Shown in pieces: positions 1 to 13,239 of a stretch of DNA of 64,000 bases. The number at the start of each line of letters is the position of its first letter. Positions within the stretch are counted from its first letter, which is position 1. The DNA is from Octopus sinensis. Lineage: Eukaryota. The notes below the pieces were generated by a model, which had not been told where the DNA came from, made no database searches, and saw only the letters and a program-made list of their open reading frames with translations. The translations under genes were made by a program, and so were the position numbers. The stretch lies in NCBI RefSeq assembly GCF_006345805.1, contig NC_043002.1, positions 32,488,001 to 32,552,000 of the forward strand, given 5' to 3'.

Positions 1-582
1 TCAATGGGATGGGACCACAGCAGTTCAGCGCGTCATAGGAAATTTCGGACCCAGAAGGTACCTGAAAACATTCGGGTTTCAGTGTTCTGAAAGAGAAACA
101 GAGTACTCCTCATATAATAGCTACCAAACGTTCGCACTCTCAACGCAGAAAACTACATGTCTCGGTTGGGCGAACTGCATGGAGCTTTGAAGCACAAACA
201 CCGAGAAAAGCTGAGCCGTGGTGTCCTGTTTTTGCAGGATGATGCCCCAGAACACAGTACATGACGCACTACGGAAAACATGCGACTTTAGCTTCGAATT
301 GATAGACCACCTTACTCTCCTGCCTTGCTACTCTCCGACTATCACCTCTGTCCACAATTGAAGAAACATCTCTACGTAACGAAATTGCCTTCCGTTTCGA
401 AAGTGATCGCTGCTACCGAGAACTGGTTGGAGGCCCAATCTTCTGAATTCTTTTTTACGGGGCCTAAATAAAACTGAAGGACCTTTGCAATAAGTTTATG
501 AATCTGAGATGTGATTAAAATCATAATTAACTAATCTCCAAGTATTTTCTTTTACACAAAGCCAAGAACTTTTCGACACCTC
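1..582 (+). mobile_element. Decayed mariner transposase, 3' part
   Basis: Broken frames read SMGWDHSSSARHRKFRTQK, LSRGVLFLQDDAPEH and PYSP-like/SDYHL...QLKKHL, which are mariner DD34D motifs with stops and frameshifts. Confidence 0.8.
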
Positions 583-1596
583 TCTTATATCCTAAATAAC
601 TGACTGTATTACACGACAAGCCCATAGTTCATCACTTTATATACTAAACAAACATTTAGGTATATTTCCGATTGAGCACCTTAAGCAAATCTGTTAATGG
701 TGGGTAATTCGACTTCACTATGCATATCTCATACCACTTAACTTTAGTGTAGTCCACTCTATTAATAGATTCGTAATAGCACTTAATAGAGACTAGTATA
801 CTCAATGTGTGCATATGACATCATGCAACGACTGACTCCAAAATAGTTTCTTTCCCAAGGACTACTGTCTACTATGGTGCATAATACTAAGTTAAAAGAA
901 AACGCATATTTTATAGTGATTAGCTAACGTGTAACAATATATATCAAAACTTATCCGTAATTCAACACATATCAAAACTAAGTCAGTAGCTTAATTCACA
1001 CATTCACTAATGTGGCTGAACGGTTAGGGTTTCAAATATAAGATCGTATTTTAGATTTCACGACTAGGTGGAGCCTTGTTTCCTTGAGGAAGGCACGTCA
1101 TTTCACGTTGCACCACTCTACTCAGCTTTAAATAAACACCTGCCGACTGCCGGTGCAGCTCTTTCATCCTCCAGTTGTCATATCCTTGATATTTTGTTGA
1201 ATCAAGAGTGAAAGATGTTATATTCGTGCGAGATTATATAAGCACCTAAACCACAGAAAATGCATACATACACACACACATACACATACAAATGCACATA
1301 TATATGTATATGTATATGTATGTATGTGTAACCGCACATTGGACGATTTGCGATTTTTTCCTCCTTCTTCTCGTCTCCCTTTGGACTTTCCTCTTCTTCC
1401 TGTTTCCGAAGAAGATCTATACTCGAAATGCAAAACAACTACTCTTTTCCTTCTCCAAGTGCCGCATCAATACCTTGCTTGTGTTACATCCTCGCATATT
1501 TTTTCTCCTTTCTCAATATTTTTAAATTAATTATATATACATATTTGCGTGTGTAAGTGTGCGCATGCATGTGTGTTACAATGGTGTATATTTATA

Positions 1597-1724
1597 CAGG
1601 GTGATTCAAAAATCACCATACAAAGGAAAATATATTTTCTTTATAAGAAACAGTTAAATAAAAATAACTGTTTCTTATAAAGAAATAAATTGTTCTTATG
1701 TATGGCGACTTTTGAATCACCCTG
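1597..1724. mobile_element. 128-bp Tc1/mariner-type MITE
   Basis: About 27-bp TIRs (CAGGGTGATTCAAAA...), TA on both flanks, and an internal perfect 21-bp stem (1636-1656/1665-1685). Confidence 0.8.
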
Positions 1725-3529
1725 TATATATAGCCCAGTAGTTATGGTTTTGCATTCACATCTCAAGGTCGTGGCTTCAATGCCTGAATCGGGTAGTGCG
1801 TTGTCTACTTGAACAAAACAATTCATCTGATGTTTCTTTGCAATGTCTTCGACACCTGAAGTGTAGTACACTGTGCACATTTGCATAATAAACATGAGAT
1901 CACTATAAGCATGAAATTTGTGCCGGTTGTTCTACTAGAACTTTTAGAACACTCATCCTCGGACAACAAGAGACTACCAACTAATATATATTTTCGTACA
2001 TACGTACGTATGTATGTGTGTGTACATAGATATTCTCTTATGTTTTAGTGGTGTGGTGGTGACAGACGTAGGGCGGTAGCCATTCTGAAGTGCCGCATTA
2101 AAAATATCGATAGATTTATCATATAGTATAATAAAGCTATATGAGAGTGATAATCGATACCTCATTTAGAAGTTTAAGCTTCGTAAATAATTTATATTAT
2201 CAAATAATGATTTATATATCACTAAATACATTTATTTTTGCTGCTGCACTTCTTTTGGTTTGTATCCAACTCGTAACCAATGTAACATTCTCACTGAAAT
2301 GAGCCATTCGAGTTACAGTGTATTGGATTTATAACACTTTGGGGGTAGAAAAAGTAGATGTCTCCGATAATTAAAACATAGTGTTTACATACGAAGACAG
2401 AGAGATAACTAACAAACTTTCATCGCATAAGCCCCATGAAAATGGTAACTATTATAGAACTGCATTCTACACTGATTCCGTATTATTATAAAATTCAGAG
2501 TCAAAGATTTGTTAATGAATAAAGTCGCGTCGATTATGTTCGTTTATCTGCGCTCATGCATGTGCGTATGTGCGTTTATATCTATCAATTTCTATGAAAA
2601 TATGTATGTAACATGACTGAAACCTGTTTAGAAATTTAATCTTAAAATTCATTGTGTTGATGCTGCAACAAATTAAGACAAAATATTTTTGAACTCAAAA
2701 TATTTCTAAATTCAAATTATATTAATAGGTGGTTCTAATTGCATATGTTGGTCGACAAAATATGCAATTTGTAGAACTTACTTTTGCGCATGAGTCGACG
2801 TGACCACTTATTGGGAAATATCTATTCTTGATGTCTCGTATTTGTTGATGATGAATAGCCAGTCTATTTTTGAGATTAAGTTTTGTTTGTAATCCTCGTT
2901 ACATCCTTTACATTCTGAACGTAATCCTCGTTATATGAAACCATATATTAATTATTTGTTGAACAAACAAAATGATTTTACAGGTCATAAATGTCAAAGA
3001 AATCTGACTCTCAGATATAGACTGACTATTCCGCGTCAACAAATAAACGACCTCGGTTCTTGATAGATCCTACTGAGTAGGCACATAAGTATATGTGTAT
3101 AAAATAAGTTTCCCAAATTCCAAGTCTTCCCATTTTGCATTTGTTCCATTAATACCATAGATCAAACTTATAATATATTTATGCTCAACGTATGCAGAGA
3201 ATAGCTTTAATGCTTCAATATGTTTTTGGTCCCGCATGTTTTTTGAAGAGCATTAAATTTTGCAGTAATTATGACTCGCCTCTTCCGCGAATCAATTCGC
3301 CCACTCGCTAACAATTCACGTTGTGGTTGATAGTCTCCAATTGTCTGCTTCCTCTTCAATACTGCTTTACCCTTCTTTAAACTTCATTTATATGTGCACA
3401 TTACTTTTCTTAATGGCCTTATCTCCTGTGTCTGTCGGACAGCCTATACCTCGCATTTGTACCTACTCAATGATGGTACGTCGCTTTAGTAATTCACCAT
3501 CCTTTTCTTATTCATTACTTCTACGTTTC

Positions 3530-3890
3530 GACTTTTAGATGGCCTGCCTCGATCTCCACTGAGATGTGGCCAAGTTTGATCTGAGTGTTGCCCATGGAAT
3601 CACCGATCAAAAGCCAACTGACACATCTGGATGGTTTCAACTTGAGTATCGCCAAGGATTTTGCAAAACTTAATGCGTTCGGTGAAAACAAATATCCGAC
3701 GAGCCTGCACAACTATCTGTACTGTAGGGGTAACAGGCGGCAACTGACATAGTCTATCGACACGAAAAATTACACACATACAGAGGAAGTATGGCGTCAC
3801 CTTCCACCAAATGAATTTTGGCCTCACAGCATTAACTCTCACATGAAAAATTAAAGTCGGATTTTTCGTACATAAAAGCACACGTGTGCT
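3530..3890 (-). mobile_element. Mariner 5' fragment (HTH region)
   Basis: Minus-strand RIKFCKILGDTQVETIQMCQLAF...SVEIEAGHLKVET resembles the mariner N-terminus. Confidence 0.65.
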
Positions 3891-4699
3891 GTTTGTTTTT
3901 GTATGTGTGCATGCATAGATGCATTCACAGACAGACAGACAGACAGACAGAAAGACAGACGATAATAAAGCTTTTAGAAGGAAACATTGCTCTCATCACA
4001 CCTATGCGCTAATTCTGTTTTTATTATTTTCACGTACTTTTGTGAATAATAAGAAACCTCGTTTCTTAATACGAATGTGAGCGCTAAAGAAAGAATTGAT
4101 ATTATAACCTGTGATTATAATCTATGACTGCGTACTCGAAAAGCTTGTCACGTTTTGTCACAATCAGCTACACACTGTATTAACATCGTATTTCAATATT
4201 TTGATAGTTATGTCATGAACGTAGGCATGCGAGAAATCAGAAGCAAAGTGTTTTTGATAGTCATCTCCAATCTAACGGCTATTGAAATTATCGAAAGCAA
4301 ATGTCGTAGGCTTTTTAGTGCAGCCGTTCGCTGTTTCTACCGGTCCGTCGTTTTAAAGGAGATTGTTTAATAAATTGTTGTTTCGCAGTCAAATAAAGCT
4401 AAACATTAGTGATATAATGCGATGCAAGGCAGTCTGAGAGAAGGATAAATAATATTAATAACTTACGTGTTATCATCTGTAAGGCGATGAGAATTATGCA
4501 AGTAAGTCTCATTTTGGATCTAGAATAAGTGAAAAAGAAGACCATGTTATTTGAAGAAAATTATATCAGGATATGAATTTATTTTAAATAGAAAAATATT
4601 TTACTATGTTTTGGGTGGCAAGAGGAAAATAGAAGATATTGTTTTGTGTCTGTTGGTTTGAAGATGTCGGTTTCAAACTCAGTATCTCTCTTTATTATT

Positions 4700-5520
4700 A
4701 AGATGTCCAGGAAGGACTTAGTGAGAAGAATTTGCACGATTGCATCAAATCCCGAAACACGAGAAAAACGACTTCAAGAACTTAAAACCTCATTACTAGA
4801 CAGAAAATACCCGGTCAGTCTGATCAAAAATGGAATAGAACGTGCAAAAATGATAGACATCCAAGAGATACGGAAAACAAGAAAACACCATGACACACTT
4901 AAAACTCTATCTTACGTATCAACACACAATCCAAGAAACCAAGAAGCATACAACATCAGCCATCAAAACATATCCATCCTTATGAAAGACCCACGAATGA
5001 AAAAGGCACTAAAAACACATAGGATTATTAAAAGCAAGAGACAACCACAATCTCTAAAAAAACTGACTCACCAGCGCCAAATTACCCACCAAAAATACAA
5101 CCCCACAAGTCAAAAAATGCAACCGCCCTAACTGCGGGACTTGCACCTTTCTCTTAGAGGGCTCAACATACAAATTTAAGTAAGGCCTAAATTTTACCAT
5201 ATAACATGACTTCACCTGTGCTTCGAAGAACTTAATCTATGTTCTTAAATGTGGAGGTTGTGGTGGAGACTACATTGGTCAAACAAACTTAATTTGAGGG
5301 ATAGACTTACGGTGCACAGACAACAAATCCGGGACCGCTCAACTAGGAAAATTCCCGTTAGCCAGCACCTAGACCAATGCCCCGCTCCGTAGACAAAAAC
5401 CCTAAATACCAAATCTTCCCTCTCTGTCAATGCACTGGAAACACTTCAACCCAATTCCGTTTAAATAAGGAAAACATACTGATTAAGAAATATAAACCAC
5501 TGCTAAATATACTTTAGAAA
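4700..5520 (+). mobile_element. Penelope-like element 3' fragment (RT thumb + GIY-YIG), frameshifted
   Basis: LVRRICTIASNPETREKRLQELKTSLLDRKYP, then CNRPNCGTC and FTCASKNLIYVLKCGGCGGDYIGQT, then LIKKYKPLLN. Confidence 0.85.
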
Positions 5521-6239
5521 GAAGAAAAGGCAGTATAAAGAAGAGAAAAAAACACCCAATTTCAACACAAAAAAGCAATAAAATTTTAGTCACAATCTTC
5601 CACCCGGGTTTCGAAACCGCAGCTCCAAATCACCACACAAACACAAGATGCTGACGTCACCCACCTCCAGTCAAATGAAATTTCACAAACACCAGTTGCT
5701 GACGTCTCATAATTCCAAACCAATCAAAACCGAACTTCAACGAATACAACGAAAACCCTTTAAGAGAACCATCCAACCGGAACTACCTATAACCGTATCC
5801 TGCAAGGAAACCAGCTAAACAGAACAAGCTTGACCACGGAAGAAAAACGTCATTAATTTTTTAACGAATCAAAATCAGATCCGCTCGCAGAAAAACCGTA
5901 ATTTCCCCCCTTTTTACTATTTTAATTCTCACACGGGTTTTTTTCAGTATGGCTTGTCGACCACCACTGAAATTAATGAACCTTGTACATTCTAACAAAT
6001 TAATATACAGTTTTAATTTCAAACTTACACCAGACTTACACAGATATATGCATATCTGGCTACAGGACGTCACGAAACGTAAACAATATGAAATACAAAG
6101 ACAAACTTGTGCATGCGAACATCGAGAGAAACAAATGGAAAACAAAACAAGTAACATAAAGAACTAAGTTGTCGATTGTCCATCTACTCATTTCAATCTT
6201 TTTAGTGTAGTGCTTCAAGCTCCGCTGTTAGTTAGGCAC

Positions 6240-7460
6240 TATGTGGTGACCATAACTGGGAGCAGTAGTACAGGCGACCGAAAACAAAAGTTCTCCACAT
6301 GGTCAACATACTTTCTTGGTCTCTTGTCTTGAAGGACCTCAGTATCAACCCTGTCAGTTGTCTGCATTTTGCTGACATCTTATGTGCATATGAAATGATA
6401 CGTCATTGTACGTGCTGAGCCCCAAGTCTTTCACTGCTTGTGACTCTAGGATTGTAGTGCCTTGGGGTCCTGTAAATGTACATTGCACTGTATTTGTAGC
6501 TTATATTGCAGTGCTTGAATTTTTCCATCATTAAACTGCATGTTGTTTATTTCGGCCCACTAGTATACTGAGTTGAGGTCCCATTGTAAGCTTGTAACGC
6601 CCTCTTGATTTTTTACTGCCTGTGATAATTTTTTGTTATCGGTATAGCTAGTGACAGTGGCTATCCGAGTGACTGTGGGCCCCAGAATAGTTCCCTGAGC
6701 TACACCATTTACAATTTCAGTTTTCTCAGAAAGGGCACCATTCGCTACAACCACCTGACTTCTGTTTTTAAGGAAGTCATGCAGCCACTCTCCCAGTTTA
6801 CCAGCGATGCAAAGGTCTCGTAGGTTATGACTTATACCATGATCTCTTATCAAATGTCTTTGCTAAGTCAAGGTATATCACACTGACATCTGAATGATCA
6901 AGCAGCTGTTTCAAAGCCCAGTCATATTGCTGAAGGAGATGTGCGAGGCAGCTTCTTCCTGGGCGGAAGCCAAGCTGAGCATATTTCAGTAGGTCATTTC
7001 CTTCTAGGAACATTATCAACTTCTTTCTGATTCGCTCCATGACTTTACTGATATGCAAAGTCAGAGAGATTGGTCTGTAGTTTTTGGCCTCTGCTCTACG
7101 CCCACTTTTGTGGACAGTGCATATAATACCTTCTTTTAGCTTTTTAGGAAGTATACCACTTGCAAGGAAACTTTGGAAAAGTATCTGAAGTAGTTTCGCT
7201 AAAGCGTGCTTACATGATTTTATGAGAATAGCTGGAAAGCCATCAGGACCAGTGGTGGAGCATGAACTCATTTCATCTATAAACGCTGTTACATCTGTTC
7301 CCTCAATGTTGATGTAATCGATGGCTGGCGCCTCTTTTTTTAGAGCTGCAATATCAAAGAATTCAGCTGGATTTTTTATCTGCATGTATCTAAGGGGGAA
7401 AGTGAAGACTTTTAATTGTTCACTGAGTATCTCACTTATATTCTTTCTGGGTCTGCTGTC
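6240..7460 (-). mobile_element. Decayed CR1/L2-group LINE reverse transcriptase
   Basis: TGPDGFPAILIK, NYRPISLT, QLGFRPGRSCL, VIYLDLAKTFDK and GVAQGTILGP across ORFs 6825-7385 and 6560-6853. Confidence 0.88.
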
Positions 7461-7668
7461 AGTGAGTCAATAAAAGATGGAGAGGGGAGGTGGGTAGTAG
7501 ATAAGGAGGGAGATAAAAAGTTTATTATATAGAAGGAGGAAGGAAGCATACATAGTACGATTTACTATACATGGTGAAATAAACAAAATAATATAAACTG
7601 ACAACAGGAAGAGAATAAAATTAAACGAAAAGATGAGTGGCCTTCTATATCAAATAAATAATCATACA

Positions 7669-8067
7669 AAGCATTATTAAATCTCAGAACGAGATGTAAA
7701 CAGTAATCGCTCGACAATGTAAAGTATAAAAAGCCATCTCAATATGGCTAACCACAAAGGGGGTGTTACTGTAGCTTTTTAGCCCCAGGAGATCATCGTC
7801 TCCAGCTGGCTTTAGACACACTTTCTGTGCCCTTAAGGTATTTGCAAACGGAGGCCATCCCTTTCTCGTAAGCCTGAGTGATACGCACCAGACCGCGGTT
7901 TCGAGATTATTGTCTCTTATCAACGGGCGGTAATCACTAGATCACGATGAAAGACAAGGCCTGTTTGCAAATATATAAGAGTTTTTCTAGTGACGTCTGC
8001 CACTGATTTCGAAAAACTGACTGCAAGCATTATTAAATCTCAGAACGAGATGTAAACAGTAATCGCT
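7669..8067 (-). mobile_element. Short non-coding element with 43-bp terminal direct repeat and hammerhead motif (retrozyme/PLE-like)
   Basis: 7669-7711 is identical to 8025-8067. The body is homologous to 26796-27045. A hammerhead-like motif lies at 7888-7926 (-). Confidence 0.65.
7888..7926 (-). ncRNA. Type I hammerhead ribozyme motif, U3-A8 core variant
   Basis: UUGAUAA-GAGA(caauaa)UCUC-GAAA-CC GC GG-UC with palindromic stem III ACCGCGGT. Stem I is only about 3 bp. Confidence 0.55.
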
Positions 8068-8610
8068 GAAGATATTAAAAAAAAATTAATACGCATAAAT
8101 ATATAAGTATGACATACGTAATGCATACATGTTATAGGATGTATACATATAGTAAATCTTATATTATAAACAATCAATTATAAGTAAGAAAATAAATATA
8201 AGTATCCGTATTAGTAATATTTGTAAAATATCAGGTTAAAGTACTATTATAAATTTATAAAAGTTTAAATTTAATAGAATACATTTTAGGATATATACAA
8301 TGAACGATTAGAGTGAGAAAGGCAGGATATATAATATATAACATAATAAGACAAATGCCAAAATAATTTAACATTTATAAACCAAACTATGAAATCGATG
8401 AAATAAAATAAATAAAAAGTTAGGACTTAGATCGTCAAGTAATAGAAGGTACACACGAAAAAATATCTAGTAAACCCGGATACGGTATAAATATAATGGG
8501 TATATTAAAGTATTGAATATATATACATGCATACATGTATATATACATACATGCATACATATATACATACATTCACAAATATATTTCCGTGTTTGTGTGA
8601 ATATTATTTT

Positions 8611-8990
8611 CTTTTACTTGTTTCAATCATTTGAGTGCGCCCTTGCTGGAGGACTGCATTTTGTCGAACAAATCGACCCCAGGACTTTTCTTTGTAAGTC
8701 TAGTACTTATTCTATCGGGCTATTTTGCCGAACTGCTAGACACAAACACACACACACACACATACGACAAGCTTCTTTCAGTTTCCGTCTACCAAATCCA
8801 CTCACAAGGCTTTGGTCAGCAACGCCGGAGCACCACCTTATATGGTTTTAGCCAAATAAATCTATCTCAAGATTTATTCTTTGTAAGCTTTGTACTTATT
8901 TTATCCGTCTTTTTTTGGCGAACCGCTATGTTATGGGGACATAAACTCACCAGCATCAGTTGTCAAACGAAGGCTGGGAGACAATCACAC
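8611..8990 (-). mobile_element. Two partial copies of the ~400-bp tRNA-derived SINE family
   Basis: Homologous to the full copy at 12178-12580 (cttttacttgttt...gtctaccaaatccactcacaagg). Confidence 0.75.
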
Positions 8991-9060
8991 ATACATAAAT
9001 ATATACAAAGATATATAGATATATACAAAAACACATAAATATAAATATGCATATATTATA

Positions 9061-9239
9061 GGCACGAGAGTGGCTGTGTGTTAAGAGGCTTGCTTCCCAA
9101 CCACATTGTTCTGGGTTCACTCCCACTTTGTCGCACCTTCGGCAAGTATCTTGTACTATAGTCTTGACCCGACCAAATCTTTGTGAGTGGATTTGGTAGA
9201 CAGAAACTGAAAGAAACCCGTGATGTAATATATAAATAC

Positions 9240-9274
<35 letters not shown>

Positions 9275-9357
9275 CAGTATGAATGTATGTATTTGTGTGT
9301 CTGTGTTCATCTCACCCACCCCATCATCGCTTGACACCAACGCTGTGTATTTACGTG
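9061..9357 (+). mobile_element. tRNA-derived SINE (diverged)
   Basis: A/B-box-like head (gtggctgtgtgttaag...gggttcactccca), then the family body and an internal microsatellite. Confidence 0.8.
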
Positions 9358-9515
9358 GGGCTTCTTTCCGATTGCGTCTACGAAATTCACTTAAGTGTTT
9401 GGTCAATCCGAGGCTATAGTAGAAGAGACTTGCCCAAGGTGTCACGTAGTGAGACTGAACCCGGAATCATGTGGTTTGGCACCAAGCGTCTTACTACACA
9501 GCCACGTCTGCGCCT
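9358..9515 (-). mobile_element. SINE 5' part (diverged)
   Basis: Reverse-complement match to the same SINE head. Confidence 0.7.
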
Positions 9516-9594
9516 ATACATACATTCACTTGTTTGTGTATTTAGAAATACAGCCAGATAGAAATATACAAACATATTTGCGTGTGCGTGTGTT

Positions 9595-9666
<72 letters not shown>

Positions 9667-9733
9667 TATAGTTCACATTTACAGAAAAACAGAAGACGAA
9701 GACAAGTGTATAAACAGCAAACAGATATATTAT

Positions 9734-9764
<31 letters not shown>

Positions 9765-9807
9765 CGGATAAATGCATGAATATATTTATATTTATAATAT
9801 GTATATA

Positions 9808-9902
<95 letters not shown>

Positions 9903-10484
9903 ATATGCATACATACATACTTGTGCGTGTGTGTTTATGTATATATACATAAACTTACCAAAGCAAACATGTTTAAACACCAACTTCACTCTCCAAATCT
10001 CCCAGACAGTACACTGAAGTGTACTAATAAAGAAAATCTATACGTACCTCATATTTTTTGCTGAACAATCCAGGTAAAGGTGTATTTTTCGTTTGTTTCT
10101 TTTTACCTTACAAACTCTCGTGCAATTAAATTCCAACTTTCATTCACTTAATTCTGTTGGTTCCTTGTCTTAAATCTCTATTTTCTTTGAGAGAGAGAGA
10201 GAGACGAATGAGTAGTCTTGACCGTCATGTTCGTATTTTAATTTAACCAAAGTGAAATAACCCGGTAGCTAAATCAAATACCTTGACACGAGTATAAATT
10301 TAGTTACGGTTTCAAATGTCTCTTTTCAGCAATGACTGTATCATCTTTCATGCTTCGATAGAAACAACGAAGCGTTAAGAACGATATTAAAGAAACTTCA
10401 TAATATCCTGTATTAGCTATGTATTATAATAATTTATGTGCACATTTCAGGCTCAATATATTCAATGTGAAATCGTGTGTTACT

Positions 10485-10644
10485 GTCTACCAAATCCACT
10501 CACAAGGCATTGGTCGGCCCGGGGCTATAGCAGAAGACACTTGCCCAAGATACCACACAGTGGGACTGAACCCTGAACCATGTGGTTGGTTAGCAAGCTA
10601 CTTACCGCACAGCCACTCCTGCGCTTATTTGTTGAGACATATTT
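10485..10644 (-). repeat. 160-bp duplicate of SINE head plus 20-bp unique flank (copy of 12440-12599)
   Basis: 158/160 identical by eye, including the non-SINE tail ttatttgttgagacatattt. Confidence 0.85.
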
Positions 10645-12178
10645 GTCAACAAGGGTCACGCCCCTGACGGCATACACCCACGGGTTATCAAAGCGTTGGC
10701 TCCGGTCATCTGCGAGCCCTTAACACGACTATTCAATATGTCATTTGCGACGGGTGTTATACCTGCAGACTGGAGAACAGCGATAATTTTCAAGAAAGGG
10801 AGCCGCGAAGACCCGCTTAACTACCGACCGGTTTCCCTTACATCAATAATCAGCAAGATGTTCGAAACAATCCTTAAGAAAAGTATGATGCTCCACCTCC
10901 TAAACACAGCCTCGATCACTGATTCCCAACACGGCTTCGTGCCGAAGAGATCATGCTTGACCAACTTACTAGTAATGGAAGAATTGGTGACGCGCATCCT
11001 CGATGATAGTGATGCTGTTGACATCGTTTTATTGGACTTTGCCAAAGCTTTTGACTCGGTAAACCACCGCCTACTACTTGTCAAGCTTCAAGCATATAGT
11101 TTCCATCCGGATATTGTACGATGGGTTGGTGCCTTCCTCTCAGATCGCTCCTTCCAAGTTCAAGTTAATGGTTCGCGGTCCGAAGTCTCCAGTGCGAGCA
11201 GTGGCGTGCCTCAAGGTTCAGTGCTTGGGCCCTTGTTGTTCTTAGTCTTCATAAATGACTTGCCCGACGACCTCACGCAACACACCCTTCTATTTGCCGA
11301 CGATATCAAACTGGTCTCTCCTCGCGGTAATATAGAGGATCTTCGTCGATGCCTCCACCAAATTTGGAAGTGGTCTAACGATTGGGACCTGTGTCTGAAC
11401 GTGTCAAAGTGCTGTCATCTGCCTGTCGGCTCTACTCCTGCAACTCAACTTGATTTCGAGCCGGGTCGTCTGCTGCTGGAGAGAACCGATCAGGTAAAGG
11501 ACCTGGGTATCTTGGTGGATTCCTCCTTTTCGCCTTCGGCCCAGTGCGTCCATGCTGCCAACAAAGCACGCGGAATTCTGTTTTTGATTCGACGGTCATT
11601 CGGAATGCTCACAGCAGCCATATTCCTACCACTCTATGTCACGCTGGTGAGACCCATATTGGAGTATGGGATTCAAGCCTCTTCTCCTTATCTCCTCAAA
11701 GACATACAGCATCTCGAAAGAGTCCAGAGGCTGGCTACCCGCATGGTTCATGGTCTCAAAAATTTGTCCTACGAAGAAAGGCTGAGGACGCTCGACCTTT
11801 ATTCTCTTGAAAAACGCCGCCGCCGTGGTGATCTCATTCTCGCCCACAGCATCATTAACGGGAAGTGTAACCTCTCGAAAGAGCTGTTCTTCACTCCTGC
11901 TCCGGAGCGTCGGCTGCGGGGTCATTCCGAAAAGCTCTACCTGCGACGATTTCATCTCAATCGAAGGAGAGGAGCTTCCTCCGTCCGGGTTGCGGATCCG
12001 TGGAACAAGCTGTCAGACGAGATGGTGAAGATGCCGACGACCGCTTTGTTCAAAGCCTCCCTGGACCTCAAGTGGCCTGAACTCTTTACATGAACACCAC
12101 CCTGTACTTAACTCCATGTCCCCCTACATGGCCTTGCTATTTGCTTTTGAGCCAAATTAACTAACTAACTAACTAACT
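10645..12178 (+). mobile_element. CR1-clade LINE, 5'-truncated young copy 1 (RT ORF 10696-12093)
   Basis: RT motifs LDFAKAFDSV, GVPQGSVLGP and LFADD. CR1-type C-terminus RRRGDLI...RGHSEKL...RVADPWNKL. Short 3' UTR and (TAAC)n tail. In-frame 9-bp deletion relative to copy 2. Confidence 0.95.
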
Positions 12179-12580
12179 CTTTACTCTTTTACTTGTTTTA
12201 GTCATTTGACTTCGGCCATGCTGGAGCACCGCCTTTAGTCGAGCAAATCGACCCCGGGACTTATTCTTTGTAAGCCCAGTACTTATTCTATCGGTATGTT
12301 TTGCCGAACCGCTAAGTGACGGGGACACACCAGCATCGGTTGTCAAGCAATGCTAGGGGGACAAACACAGACACACACACACATAAATATATATATATAT
12401 ATATATATACACATTTACGACAGGCTTCTTTCAGTTTCCGTCTACCAAATCCACTCACAAGGCATTCGTCGGCCCGGGGCTATAGCAGAAGACACTTGCC
12501 CAAGATGCCACACAGTGGGACTGAACCCTGAACCATGTGGTTGGTTAGCAAGCTACTTACCGCACAGCCACTCCTGCGCT
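12178..12580 (-). mobile_element. Full-length tRNA-derived SINE, tail-to-tail with CR1 copy 1
   Basis: Head gcgcaggagtggctgtgcggtaag...gggttcagtccca, internal (TA)/(CA) tract, 3' tail aaagagtaaag. Confidence 0.9.
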
Positions 12581-13239
12581 TATTTGTTGAGACATATTTT
12601 TGTATTTCGGGGCTGTCATTTTTATTTTTAAGCACACACTCTATATATTTATTCCTCACTCATTTCTTACTGTTCTTTAACTCATGTCCATTATCCGGAA
12701 ATTTTTCGTCACACATCTGTGACGTCTTCAGCGACACTTTTCGTTTTGCGTGAGCTCTTGCTTCACTTACTCCGTTCTGCTCTTCTATGATGTGTATCCT
12801 TATGTGCGCATGTGTTTGCGTCTGTGTTCGTGTATGTGTGTGTGTGCATGTGTGTATATGTGTGTGCATTTATGCTTGTGTGTCTGTCATTGTTCTTAGC
12901 ATCAGTATGGCCTTCTTCTCAACCCCCATCCTCTCACCCCATTTTGCTGCTGTCCCAGGACCCGAAACTTTGGTGCAGTTTCTGTATCTCTCTGTGTCTA
13001 TATGTTCACCCACGGTGTTTCCATCGTGGTAGTTGTTGTTGTTGTTATTGCCATCGTTGTCACCGCCGCTGCTGCTGTCGTTGTTAGCCGTGTTGATATT
13101 GTTGCAGCAGTCTCTGAAGTTATTGTGTATATATGTGTGTGGGGATGTGTGTATGGGTTCGTATCAATGGCCTTTACATAGATTCATTTATTCATTTGTT
13201 TATATATGTTTTATCTATCTCTGTTTCTTATATTTATCA

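Noticed and set aside
3000-3520. Possible L1/Tx1 C-terminal relic on the minus strand
   Set aside because: Too decayed to call from motifs.
9395-9952. Many ORFs rich in YI/HT/CV repeats (also at 25.6, 27.0, 33.5, 50.3, 56.2 and 62.8 kb)
   Set aside because: They are translations of (TA)n, (CA)n and (TACA)n microsatellites that happen to lack stops.
10821-12028. Antisense and alternate-frame ORFs over both CR1 copies
   Set aside because: Shadow ORFs of a GC-rich RT frame, with no independent motifs.
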